Shown here piece after piece: positions 49,476 to 63,085 of a DNA stretch of 64,000 nucleotides (the first letter of the stretch is position 1; the number at the start of each line of letters is the position of its first letter). This DNA comes from Lingula anatina. Its lineage: Eukaryota; Animalia; Brachiopoda. The position numbers and the translations under genes are program-made. Where the stretch lies: the NCBI GenBank assembly GCA_051362555.1, contig CM120640.1, positions 5,518,001 through 5,582,000 of the forward strand, written 5' to 3'. The notes beneath the pieces were generated by a model, which was not told where the DNA came from, ran no database searches, and saw only the letters and a list, made by a program, of their open reading frames with translations.

Positions 49476-52400
49476 ATGTCTCTCGGAAAGCCAGTTTTCA
49501 GGCTTCTGGGCCGCAGGACAAGTTATTTCAGTAGCATTACACGCACACTGGGTACTGCTGCAGCTCGTATCCTTTCTAGCTAAAACTTTATGTTTTTCCC
49601 AAGTGGGTTAGTAGAAAGCATTATAACTTGTTATCTGATTTGTGCTTTACTGCAATGTAGACCATGCTTTTTTCGACTTATGGACTTTAGTCTCTATAGC
49701 CAGGTAATAAGAAGAGTTGTCATGTTATGTATATCGTCAGTATTAATGTATTTCTTTTAAGATTCTGTGTGTTTCAGTTGAATATCAAATTTATGTAACA
49801 CCAAATTGCCTAATTGGCTTCTGTCCAATCAGATTGCAGGATTTTCGGCACACCTCCTTACAGAAGTGTATGCACTGAAAACATAATAACCTACTAGACT
49901 AAAAAAAAGTATAAGTCTCTGCAGGGAAACAAAACAGTTGCTGTTAAATATTTTTTAATATATGTTATTATAATGAAAAAAATTATGAAAATAATAATTC
50001 CTAAATTAAATTGATCTATTATGTGTTTGTGCCTTAGTTGTCTTTTCACAGTCACATTTCACATATTGTGAATGTAAGTCATCCTTAACACTTACCAGAA
50101 AAGAAAGAACAGGAAGTAAAAAAATCAGAACCAACTGGTAAGTAATGTCCAGAGACATTTTTATGTCATTTGGCACATTCAGGGATCATAATATTGACTG
50201 TGTAATGGTTTAGATAATCAGCAGTTTAAACATATTGTGGGTGAATGTATTAATTGTTATCTTGATAATTGGCCTTAAGATGGTAAAAGTTTACTTGAGC
50301 TTGAATGTTTGTTTTATCGCTATAATTAATAATGTTATAATTAATATTTACTTGGTCGTTAAAAGTTCATGTACAAATGCAATAATATACTAATGATTCT
50401 TCTCTTTTTAAGCCAAGTTTGATTATCATGATGCCCTGAACCTGGAAAGCCTGCTGACAGAAGAAGAAATACTTCTCAGAGACCAATTCCGCAGTTATTG
50501 CACAGACCGTCTTATGCCAAGGATAGTGGAAGCAAACAGACATGAAAGTAAGTAAATCATTATAGCAGATCTGCAAAAACACTCGAGTGCAAATAAACAT
50601 ATACATACTGGTCTTCTTGATGTTTTATCTTATTTTCATTTAATTTTCAGTTTTCCACAGGGAAATCATTCCAGAAATGGGAGAGCTAGGAGTTCTTGGC
50701 CCTACAATTCAGGGGTATGGCTGTGCTGGTACAACATCTGTGGCTTATGGCCTCATTGCTAGAGAATTGGAAAGGTAATTGAAATATTATCTTTTCTTTT
50801 AGGAAGAGCCAGTCAGAGAATATTTTTGATACAAAATTTCAATGAACTATCCCATGAAATAAGTAACTATTTATCAAGAAACATTTTGTACACAATAAGG
50901 GTTCTTTATGTTAATAAAATGTATATGATTAGCTGGCTTAGACATTCTATTGTATTGTTACTGTTTGGTATATGATACAGATGAGATTGATTGATTGATT
51001 TCTGGGCCATGTTAGGTCGTGTATTGATATGTAGCATGACATAATTATGAAGTTATAACCAGGCCGTAAACATAGGTTGTAGAAGGTTTAAAAGAATTAA
51101 ATGTGATTTTATTTTGGGTAATTCATCTTATTATGAAGAATTTCATTTTTTTTTTTTTTTTTGCAGAGTGGACAGTGGCTATCGCTCAGCCATGAGTGTC
51201 CAGTCTTCCCTAGTAATGCATCCAATATATAGTTATGGCTTAGAGGCCCAAAAGGAGAAATATCTTCCAAGGCTAGGTAAGATGGTGGCAACTAGATACG
51301 TTTTTTCAATTCATATTTTGATATTGATGTACAGTATATCAGTGTGTAGTAAACTTTTTTTCCAACCAAGAATTAACACTTAAAAAGGATAAGTCAAATA
51401 CACCTACTCTGCAATTGAGGATTGAGGCAATTTATTAAAAAGCCCTCATCAGGGCAGAAAAACCCAAGAAAGGTGGGTTGAAAATTACTTGCTGAGCACA
51501 CTACACATACATGTATATAAATGTACATGTATAAGTTGTGATTGAGAAATCCAATGCTGTTCAAAAATTTGTTGAGGGGTTGTTCAGAGCGTGGCTTTTG
51601 ATGAAGTATGTGTCAAAAATGAAATTAAAACAATCAGAATTCCATGACATTTTATATTGCTTATTTTTACTGACACAGTCGTCTGTATTTGATTATTGTA
51701 CCAGCCAAGGGAGAGCTGATAGGATGCTTTGGGCTGACAGAACCCAACCACGGCAGTGATCCCAGTGGAATGGAGACTAAGGCAACATACAATCCTGCCA
51801 GCAAAACTTTTACTTTAAATGGTTCTAAATCATGGTAAGTGCATTTGAAGTGATTGTGTTTGTATGTGTAATATGGAAATTATTTATGCCCTACCAGATC
51901 TGTGATTTATTTCAACCTAGAGAGATATACTAGTAACCAACTAGAGCAATAGTTCATTTAAATTTATCAAGGCATTAAATGAAAGAAGCATCATGGGAAA
52001 TTCTGGCTTCATTTTGTTTCTATTTCTATTAATATGCATATTGATCTATATTAGGATCACCAACTCTCCTATAGCAGATGTATTTGTTGTGTGGGCAAAA
52101 ACAGATTCAGAAAACAACAGAGTAAAAGGTTTCATACTTGAGAAGGGCATGAAGGGATTATCAGCACCCAAAATTGAGGGAAAATTTTCTCTGCGTGCCT
52201 CAACCACTGGACACATTGTGATGGAAGATGTCGAGGTTCCTGAAGAAAACATGCTGCCAAATGTTTCTGGTCTTGCTGTGAGTGTTGAAAAATGGAGCTT
52301 GTTGAATCAAGGAAACCATATGTGATAGGAATAATTAATGTGCTATTCTGTGAAAAAGAAATGTTGTCAGAGTATGTTCATCATGCCTTGCCAAATAAAT

Positions 52401-54392
52401 ACATAAATCTGTGCAATTTTTTTTAATCAGAAAAATCCCTGTTCCCTTTGGATATACTTTATTTAGAATTTAAAAAAATAAGATGTAAGTAAAAATCTTC
52501 TTTTCTTTCCTTTTTCCTTACCAGGGTCCATTTGGATGTTTGAACAGTGCCCGTTACGGCATAGCCTGGGGAACACTTGGTGCTGCAGAGTTCTGTTACC
52601 ACACAGCTAGACAATATGTACTGGACAGGTAGGTGTGACATGCACTGTATTCATTGCTGTTGTTGTGGTAAAATGCACACCAGGCACAATTGTGACAGTG
52701 GACATCACGAGAGAATGTTGGAGAGTGGAAAGATTATTATAAATGATTTTTTGGTGACTTGGACTTTTGTTGTAGTTAAATCTAATTCCATCTGAGCATA
52801 CATTACGTTACACATGTACACTCAAACATACATCACATGCAGATACACATTTGCAAGGCTGAAATTCATGCTGGTGTGCTAGGCTCACAGAAATAGTTTT
52901 TACAAAGTACACAGATGTGTGAAAGGGGTTGTAAAGAGTTGACGGCTTGTTCATGCATTATTTGATAAATTAAGTTTTCAAAAGTTAAAAAATCTAAGCA
53001 AACTGAACCCAGTGCAAGGTATGTATAGTCAGATTTTCCTATTGTATCTATATTTTTTAGAATAAAATGAAGATAAGCTAAGATCAAGAAGGATTTTTTT
53101 CTGGGCCATCAGATCCTTTGGACTTGTAATTTTAGTTAGTTGTCAATGCTCACAGCTTTTCTATGTAGTTGCAGTAGAAAATTTGCACTACAGTAAGGTT
53201 CATTTGATGTCATTTCTTAATGACAGCCATCTGTTGATGACAGCGTCCATGGTTTCTGTAATCTTTATAAAGAACCCAAAGTGGTACATGTACTTGATAT
53301 TTGACTGTCACAATAAATGTATATATTCATACTAACCCAAAGCACCTTAGTTTCTTTTTCATGAAGCCTGTTTTTGTAACAGATAAGTACAAAAGGTAAA
53401 TAAAATCTGTCATTTTAGGAAACAGTTTGGAAAACCACTTGCCAAGAACCAGCTCATTCAGAAGAAACTTGCAGACATGATTACAGAGATTTCCCTAGGC
53501 CTGCAGTCCTGCGTCCAAGTAGGCAGGCTAAAAGATGATGGAAAGTAAGTAGATGACATAATTTCGTTAATGGTCATTTGTGGTCATTCCATCAGAACAA
53601 AACTAAGTGTCAAATTTCAACAATGATAATAGTATGAAATGTGTTTACAATAAAGAATGTCAACTATAAATGAAGGAATTAAGACTTAGAATTAATCATC
53701 ATACTTACTGAAGTAAGTTCATGCATATTTAATCGGTATCTAGTCAAGAAATAATAACTACAGTCAAAAATTGATTTTGTTGTATTACAGGGCAGCACCT
53801 GAGATGATCTCACTTATCAAACGCAACTCATGCGGCAAGTCCTTGGACATTGCACGTGCTGCACGTGATATGCTAGGTGGAAATGGCATTTGTGACGAGT
53901 ATCACGTGATCAGGCATGCGATGAACTTAGAAGCTGTCAATACATATGAAGGTGGGACACCTTTTGTGATTTATACATGTTCCTTGCTTGCTATTGTCAA
54001 ATTATGTATAATAAAATATTATTTTGGTTTGTATTGATGTGCATGAGCATTAAAGTAATACTTTTAAATGAATACATAATTTAGTCTTAATGTTCAGGAA
54101 CATCCCTGTTGCATAACTGATATTGATATGTAGGAAAGGAGATAAGTATTTAACTGAGATAAACACATCATTTTTCAGAAATTTTTTTAAACATTTGAAT
54201 GATAGGGAGATAAGGTACATTTCCACCTTATTCATTCATTCATGTGCTTAGGCCAAGTTCAATTTCGTATCTGTATTTTTAGATTCTGTGTTACATCCTG
54301 TGCCATCTTCTGTGCCATCTGATCCCCATGCATGCATGTCTTTTTATGTACAGACACAGATGTGTCTGTACATATAGCCATCATCTGCGTCT

Positions 54393-54423
<31 letters not shown>

Positions 54424-54634
54424 CCGTGCACTTTTACCGATAACACGATAAGTGGAAAACCATTTTGCCTTTTGATTTGAAACTTGCAGAACTGATGAAT
54501 ATTCATAATACGCAGGTCAAGTTCGAAAATCAGCATGATCGGGTCACTCTTAGGGAATTTATGCTGTTTTTATGTACAGACACAGATGTGTCTGTACATA
54601 TAGCCATCATCTGCGTCTGTCGTCGCCGTCGCCG

Positions 54635-54665
<31 letters not shown>

Positions 54666-57600
54666 GCACTTTTACCGATAACACGATAAGTGGAAAACCA
54701 TTTTACCTTTTGACTTGAAACTTGCAGAACTGATGAATATTCATAATACGCAGGTCAAGTTCGAAAATCAGCATGATCGGGTCACTTTTAGGGAATTTAT
54801 GCTGTTTTTTCACTTTTTTCAGCATATATGCAGCACCGATAACACGATAAGTGGAAAACCATTTTACCTTTTGACTTGAAACTTGCAGAACTGATGAATA
54901 TTCATAATACGCAGGTCAAGTTCGAAAATCAGCATGATCGGGTCACTTTTAGGGAATTTATGCTGTTTTTTCACTTTTTTCAGCATATATGCAGCACCGA
55001 TAACACGATAAGTGGAAAACCATTTTACCTTTTGACTTGAAACTTACAGAACTGATGAATATTCATAATACGCAGGTCAAGTTCGAAAATCAGCATGATC
55101 GGGTCACTCTTAGGGAATTTATGCTGTTTTTTCACTTTTTTCAGCATGTATGCAGCACCGATAACACGATAAGTGGAAAACAATTTTACCTTTTGACTTG
55201 AAACTTACAGAACTGATGAATATTCATAATACGCAGGTCAAATTCGAAAATCAGCATGATCGGGTCACTTTTAGGGAATTTATGCTGTTTTTTCACTTTT
55301 TTCAGCATATATGCAGCACCGATAACACGATAAGTGGAAAACCATTTTACCTTTTGACTTGAAACTTACAGAACTGATGAATATTCATAATACGCAGGTC
55401 AAGTTCGAAAATCAGCATGATTGGGTCACTTTTAGGTAATTTATGCTGTTTTTTCACTATTTTCAATATAAATGCAACACTGATAACACAATATAAGAAA
55501 AACGGATTGGCCAATTGTCATTATACTCACAGGAGTGGTCAATCTTACTAAAACGCAGGTTGAGTTCGAAAATAAGCATAATCGGGCCATTACTTAAGAA
55601 GTTATACTGTTTTTTCACATTTCCTCACATTCAATTATTAGGCATGTTAACAGTCTCATTATTTAACTAATAAGATGCCTAAAAGTGTTTGTTTGATATT
55701 TCCTGCATCTTTACAACATTGTTAGTTGATTATGTAAAAAACATGGTAAACTTGTTATCATGTATTGTGTAATAAAGTGTCAAAAATGGATATAAACTCA
55801 TATCATTGCAGTTTGTCATATTCAATCATCCACTATGTTCAGAATCTCAGAATGGAGGAAATTGGACATTTAACACTGTTCTATTGATACTTTTCCCATC
55901 TCATCAATTTTCTTAGTTGGACATATAAAAATGGCAGTAAAATGTTTATTTTGTTTTATGTTAAAAAAGTGTTAAAAATGGAAATAAACCCATTTCAGAA
56001 CAGTGCTGTCTTGTTTACATTTTGGCATTATCAAGGCGTGACTTTGAAGTTCCATGGTCCTGAATACCTTTGCTAGTCACATTTTCTGAATATCTGTGAT
56101 ACAAATATTTTATAATTAAAAATTGATGGTCATTAAGCTGTTGAACATTATGTAATATTGCATCAAAATTTGAAGAAACCCCCATTTTGGGCACTGCTTC
56201 CATGATGACCATGATGACATGGGACTAAAATACAGCTTCAGTAGGCAATGCAGTCTGTTTGGTTTTTTTTTTTTTTTTTTTTTTTTTTTTGCAGTTAAAC
56301 AGTTTTTTGTGAAAATTTAATTTTTCACATATTGGCATTTTCAAGGTGTGACTTTAAAGTTCCATGAAGACTTTTGCTTGTCACATTTTCTGAATGTCCA
56401 TGTTACTAATATTTTATTAATAACATTTGATTGTCATTATGCTGTTAAACATTATGTAATGTTGCATCAAAATTTGAAGAAACCCCTATTTTGGGCACTG
56501 CTCCTATGATGACCATTTAAGGGAAATTATGTCACTTACTGTTCTCAAACTTACAGGAAAGAAACATGGGTCTAACATACAGCTTCAATAGGCAACGCAG
56601 TCTGTTTGGTAAATTTTTCTGGCAATTTAACAGTTTTTTGTGAAAATTTAATTTTTCACTTATTTGCATCTTTATTTTCTGTTCTTTGTCTGTACATTTG
56701 ACAGCTTTGCTGCCTTGTTTCACTTTTTTCAACATATATGCAGCACCGATAACACGATAAGTGGAAAACCATTTTACCTTTTGGCTTGAAACTTACAGTA
56801 CTGATGAATATTCATAATGCGCAGGTCGAGTTCGAAAATCAGCATGATCGGGTCACTTATAGGGAATTTATGCTGTTTTTTCACTTTTTTCAGCATATAT
56901 GCAGCACCGATAACACAATAAGTGGAAAACCATTTTACCTTTTGGCTTGAAACTTACAGAACTGATGAATATACATAATACGCAGGTCAAGTTCGAAAAT
57001 CAGCATGATTGGGTCATTTTTAGTGAATTTAGGCTATTTTTTCACTTTTTTTCAGCATTTTTGCAACACTGATAACACAATAAATGAAGAGCTGTTTTAC
57101 CCTTTGGCTTGAAACTTACAGAACTGATAAATATTCATAATACGCAGGTCAAGTTCAAAAATCAGCACGATCGGGTCACTTATAGGGAATTTATGCTGTT
57201 TTTTTTCACTTTTTTCAGTATATATGCAACACTGATAACACAATATAAGAAAAACAGATTGGCCAATTGTCATTATACTCACAGGAGGGGCCAATCTTAA
57301 TAAAACGCAGGTTGAGTTTGAAAATCAGCATAATCAGTCCATTATTTTAAAAGGTAATGCTGTTTTTTCACATTTCCTCACATTCAATTCTTAGGCAAGT
57401 TAACAGTCTCATTATTGAACTAATAAGATACGTAAATGTATTTGTTTGGCATTTCCTGCATCTTTACAACATTGTTAGTTGATTTTGTAAAAATGATGGT
57501 AAACTTGTAATCATGTATTGTGTAATAAAGTGTCAAAAATGGAAATAAACTCATATCATTGCAGTTTGTCAGATGCATTCATCCACTATGTTCAGAATCT

Positions 57601-59529
57601 CAGAATGGAGGAAGTTGGGCATTTAAAACTGTTCTATTGATACTTTTCCCATCTCATCAATTTTCTTCATTGGTCATATAAAAATGGCAGTAAACTGTTT
57701 ATTTTGTTTTATGTTTAAAAAGTGTTAAAAATGGAAATAAACCCATTTCAGAACAGTGCTGTATTGGTTACATTTTGGCATTTTCAATATGTGACTTTGA
57801 AGTTCCATGGGCCTGAAGGCTTTTGCTAGTCACATTTTCTGAATAACCATGATACTAATATTTTATAATTAAAAATTGATGGTCATTATGCTGTAAAACA
57901 TTATGTAATATTGCATGAAAATTTGAAGAAACCCCTATTTTGGGCACTGCTCCCATGATTACCATTTAAGGAAAATCATGTCACTTACTGTTCTCAAACT
58001 TACAGGAGAGAAACATGGGACTAAAATACAGCTCCAGTAGGCAATGCAGTCTGTTTGGTAAATTTTTCTGGCAATTAAACAGTTTTTTGTGAAAATTTAA
58101 TTTTTCACTTATTGGCATTTTCAAGGTGTGACTTTGAAGTTCCATGATCCTGAAGACCTTTGCTTGTCACATTTCCTGAAAATCCGTGATACTAATATTT
58201 TATAATTAAAAATTGATGGTCATTATGCTGTTAAACATTATGTAATGTTGCATCAAAATTTGAAGAAACCCCTATTTTGGGCACTGCTCCCATGATGACC
58301 ATTTAACAAAAATCATGTCAATTACTGTTCTCAAACTTACAGGAAAGAAACATGGGTCTAAAATACAGCTTCAGTAGGCAATGCAGTCTGTTTGGTAAAT
58401 TTTTCTGGCAATTAAACAGTTTTTTGTGAAAATTTAATTTTTCACATATTGGCATTTCCAAGGTGCGACTTAGAACCTCCACGGGCTTGAAGACCCGTGC
58501 TAGTCACATTTTGTGAAAATCCATGACACTTATATTTTATTATTAAAAATCGATGGTCATTATGCTGTTAAGCATTATGTAATGTTGCATCAAAATAGAA
58601 GAAAACACAATTTTTGGTGCTGCTGCCTTGATGACCATTATGGAAAAACCGTGTTACTTATGACTGTCAAACTTTCAAAAAAGAAACACAGGACTAAAAT
58701 GTAGCCTGAGTTAGAAAAGCAGTCTAATTGGCTTCTTTTTCTGGAAGTTATACATTTTAGTGTTATATTCATTATCTTTTTTGGCATATTCATTGTGGGA
58801 CTAGGAGCTCCCATGGACATGAAGCCAAATGGTAATCATATTTTCTACATGTCCATCCTATTTATAGTCAATAAACAAAAATTGGTGATAATTATTCTCT
58901 AATTTATTATGTAATGTTACATCAAAATTGACAATCTTTTTGCACTGCTACTGCAAACATTATGAAAAGAAAACTGTGCTACTTATTATAATTTTAAACT
59001 TACAAGTACGATTTTTAGGATTGGCCTTCAGCTCATGAGAAAACCAGCTCTATTGGATTATCATGTTTATTGTATTTATGCATTTTTTGTGAAATTTTCA
59101 TTTTTCTCATTCTGGCACTTTCTAAGTATAAACTTGAACTCTGATGGGCCTGAAGCCTTATGCTTTTACTTTCGTCTGTGTTACCTGTTGTGCATAAGTT
59201 GATGTTGACTGTGCAGTTAAACATAATGTATTATTGCATCAGGATTGGTAGTCTCCTATTTTGGGCATTATGGTTTTGTGCTTTTCTTAAGGTGTGACTT
59301 ATGGGCCTGAAGACCTTTGAGTGGGTCAGTCTGTAAATTACCCTTGGGTATCACTAGATTAATTTCAGAGTTATAAAGTCATTTGCTTTAATAGGCCATT
59401 AAATGAGATTACGTAAAGCACACTTGTTGATATTTCCCTGTAAACTCCCAAAGGTAAAGCTCTTTGCTAGATTAATAATAAGGAAGCAGTGATAATTATG
59501 CAGGTAAATTTTGTTTAATATTGCAAATA

Positions 59530-59570
<41 letters not shown>

Positions 59571-60560
59571 AACTGGAAGATAAAAAGTTTGAATAGCAGC
59601 TTCATTGGAATTATATTTACCTCAAGCTCTGCCAAGGAGGTTATATTTTCACCCCTGTTTGTCTGTCATCCACATAACACAAAAAGTTATGGACTGATTT
59701 TGCAGAATTTTTAAGCAACTGTCAGAAGTGGGCCAAAGAGGACAATGATTAATTTTTGGTGGTGGTCCGGATCAATAATCAATCAATTATCCATCATAAT
59801 CAACAATTGCTGCCTTGGCAGAGGTCTGCACTCTCAAAGTGCTTTTCTAGTTTTGTTGTTTTCCTTTATAATTTTTTCTCAAACACTTGCATTTGTGACT
59901 TTTAGCCCCAGGCAGGCTCTCATCTGCCTGGGGCTCTGCACATTTTCTGTATTTCTTCATTTTCTGTATTTGTGCATCAGTTGTATTGTTTTTTATGTCT
60001 TTAAACATTATATAATATTATTTTATGCACTGTCATCATTTTTCAAATATTGAGACTTTCATAATGTGAATTTGAACTCTCATGGTCCTGAAACTGTAAT
60101 CTTATTGAAGGGGTGGATTGAGACCATCTTCTGGGTCTTCCGGAAGACAGTCAGGTTATTAAGTTTATATTGACTGGTATCTATTTTTTTCTGTTGGAAG
60201 ACCATCAAAATGGAGGATGGATCAACATAGATACTTTGTAATACTGTCAGAAAATATCTCTGGGTCCGCTCCTGTTATTGACCATGTTACCTGTTGTGCA
60301 AGATTAAAATTCAGTGTTGACTGACAGTGCTATTATAAGCATTATTTATTATTGCATCAAAATTGACAAAATGACCTTTTTTGCATCTTTATTTTCTGTT
60401 TTTTGTCTGTACATTTGACAGCTTTGCTGCCTTGTTTACAGCTTATGAAGTTGAAATGTTTAAAAATGAAAACAATTTATTTCTAGGTACTCACGACATT
60501 CATGCCTTGATACTTGGAAGAGCTATCACTGGTATTCAGGCTTTCACTGCAGACAAATAG
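49476..60560 (+). CDS. GCDH: Glutaryl-CoA dehydrogenase, mitochondrial; 11 coding exons
   Basis: Exons 49476-49566, 50099-50137, 50413-50547, 50651-50774, 51167-51276, 51705-51834, 52055-52277, 52525-52628, 53419-53544, 53791-53951, 60487-60560 in phase. Motifs [84 protein letters not shown]; Arg/Ser-rich transit peptide. Confidence 0.97.
54568..56720 (+). mobile_element. Internally deleted HINE copy (about 2.15 kb) inserted into the first 161-bp unit of the outer copy
   Basis: Second complete head at 54571 and complete tail ending 56720; the interrupted unit atgctgtttt|cacttttttc resumes at 56721. Confidence 0.88.
54670..55620. repeat. 161-bp tandem array of the inner HINE (about 5-6 units); the outer array continues at about 56721-57400
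   Basis: cagcaccga at 54831, 54992, 55153 and 55314. Confidence 0.95.
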
Positions 60561-61999
60561 GTGTGATGCTAGACCTTATTTTTTCTGCCAGATACATAAC
60601 CCAGAGAACTGCAAACGAATTTTGGCTCCCTAGATTTTCCAGTGGCAACAAAATTTTTAGCTTCGCAGAAAAAAATGATAAGTAAGTTGGTGACTGTAAT
60701 GCAACTAGGTGACTGCTACACAGGGTTCACTTCCATTATGAATATTTCAAACTCTAAGGTACAAATGGGCCAAATAAGAATGACTATTAATTGTTTTTAA
60801 ATAGCTTTGATCATGAAACTGTGACTACTTTCTTAGTATTCATGTATTTATGGATGCTCTCTATTACATCACATTTGGTAACTTTTGCACCAGATGGATC
60901 TGGTAATACAATGGTTTATAAAAGTTAATAAGATGAATTAAAGCTATTTGTGACTAGACGCACATACTATTCTTTCTTACCGAATGATGATATGGCAGTG
61001 ACATTTTGTTAAGACGACATTGAATTGAAGATGGCACACAGGTGTCCACCCAAGTATTATTACATAACCAGAGATGTACTTGAATGTTTTATGATGTTTT
61101 ATGATGTACATAAGTGTTTTAATTTACTTGATTACAAATTGAACAAAAGTAAGAACATTATTTTGCTCTCTACATATTTTACTCACTGTACCAAACATGG
61201 CAGCTGAAGATTTTACTTAAAAGACTGTACAAAGAGTGGTCATGCATAATATTGAGAATTATTAATAATGTAAATGTGTGTTACATACTGGTATATTACT
61301 GGTTTGACATTCTGATATGAATAATGTGAGTTGTTACACATGGTATTTGTACATGAAATATTTTGGAAAATAATCTTAGGTCATGCATTGCATGTTTCAA
61401 ACTACATCACCTGTCAAAATGTACTGTAATTACAAAGTCTGTCAAGAATGCTTGTATAATATATTAAAGGATATTAAGTGTCTTTTAAGCCCCAGGGGCT
61501 GGGTGTTGGGCAGTTCATATACATAGGTCTATGGCACAATGGTGAAATAATTAATAAAAAGATGAACTAAATTTACCTGTCGCCTTTGTTCATATCAGTA
61601 AGATTGAACTGAACAAATTTTTACATAAATGCATTTTTCGTAACAATAAGGCCGATTTTCATGAACTACTGGTACCGGTGCAATGTACAATTATTATACA
61701 ACTGAACTAGTAATACATGCATTTTGTGAATACTTTAAGTTATTTCGTTCAGGGCACTGTATGGAAATTATAACACTGTTGATTTACATGGTTAACAAAG
61801 GTCTCGTTTAAATCACAGGTGCAGTAGGCATTCACTATCGGTAAACCAGTGACGCAAGATTTGTGGTTCGATCTATCGAAGTCAAGTTCTCACAAGCGAT
61901 AAAAGAAATAGCATTTCAAGTATAAAGTACTTTACCCGACTAAACCTAGGTACGATCATGCGTATATTTGAAAATTATATCTGCCAAAGAAGTGCTGAC

Positions 62000-62093
62000 A
62001 ACCACCCTGAGCTTCAGAGATAACTTGAAACCTAACTTAACACTATATCATACCTTGGCCGGTGTCAAGTTATCTCTGAAGGTCAGTGTGGTT
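62000..62093. repeat. 94-bp hairpin (33-bp imperfect inverted repeat, 28-nt loop)
   Basis: aaccaccctgagcttcagagataacttgaaacc pairs with ggtgtcaagttatctctgaaggtcagtgtggtt with 3 mismatches; no TSD seen. Confidence 0.8.
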
Positions 62094-62803
62094 CCTACTG
62101 ACATTAAAAATATTATTTTCTAATGAATAATATGGCAGTTATGCCATAAGTTATGGGCTGCAATTATTGGAAGACGTTTTTTCATTGACTCAAGTTCAAT
62201 ATATATATCCATCAGTGCTTAGCTGTTGAGGTAGTAGTGACTAGTTAAGAAGTTTAACTTTTTGGGGCGATCGGTTTCGTCGCGAACAACTTTTCTTTTG
62301 AGAAAACTACAATGAAAATGACACAAATTTAGAAGTTGTTGCTGCCAACTAAGACTGCCTGTTGACCCTGGTTAAATTAAGTTTGAGATCTGGCGCACTT
62401 TTTCAAAAACGACCGTAAATAAACTAGTTCTTCTCCGCATCTAGAAATAGACGTTTTTCTTTCCAACAACAAAAATTGCACTCCTTATTGCATTTGTTAC
62501 GTTCATTTGTGTCCTGTTGGAAGTATTGACATATTGTTAAAAACGGACCTCGGGCATTGAGCAGCGAAACTAAACGCTTCCAGAAGATGAACGGCGTGGA
62601 TTGCCCACTTTTTTCTTAAATTCTTTGACGTAGTTGCCTAAAAATTTGCCTGTTTTTATCCATTTCTTGAGCTTGTGTACCATATCTCAACGTTTTTTGA
62701 CTGACAATTCATGAAATTTTTTCTTTGATATCCAAATATGCTAGGCATTTCTGTCTCTCAGTGCTACCGTTGAACGAATCAATTGACGAATGCTAGTTAC
62801 TGC

Positions 62804-63085
62804 TCAGTCTGGAGAATGTATTTCATATTGTCGTGATTCACCGCTGTCTTTAAATGCTTCTGACTTTATGATGACGGGCGAGCCTATCCTACCATAACGG
62901 TTGCTTTTATACAGGCCCGAGAACCCTGGGGACGGCTCCCAGCTGCTTCTGCTCGGGCTGCCGCTGTGTGTTCTGGCTTGGTGCGGGCGTGGTGGTCGTC
63001 CGTCACTCGAGCCTATCTTCCCGTAGCGTTCACTGTGAAATAGTCCGCTAAAGCCTGGGGAAACCATGGACGCCCCACAACCCAT
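62804..63085 (-). CDS. Uncharacterised 93-aa protein with N-terminal MGCGAS acylation motif and a duplicated 18-aa motif
   Basis: Strong Kozak context GCCATGG; GC-richer island; repeats SPGFSGLFHSERYGKIGS and SPGFSGLYKSNRYGRIGS; candidate splice acceptors upstream in the 5' UTR. Confidence 0.6.
   Translation of the reverse strand: MGCGASMVSPGFSGLFHSERYGKIGSSDGRPPRPHQARTHSGSPSRSSWEPSPGFSGLYKSNRYGRIGSPVIIKSEAFKDSGESRQYEIHSPD

Larger units (their letters stand above)
54341..60437 (+). mobile_element. HINE-like composite element (outer copy, about 6.1 kb including the nested copy) in GCDH intron 10
   Basis: Same head palindrome, microsatellite, arrays, nested elements (59617-59850, 60108-60274) and 3' end as 42114-46385; T-runs at both ends, no TSD. 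Confidence 0.85.

Noticed and set aside
54465-54689. Poly-Arg ORF suggesting a protamine-like protein (also 46287-46586)
   Set aside because: Translation of the (CGT/CGC)n microsatellite in the HINE head.
54430-57400. Regular repeats resembling a CRISPR array
   Set aside because: Whole 161-bp units repeat with no unique spacers, no cas genes, and an intronic eukaryotic context.
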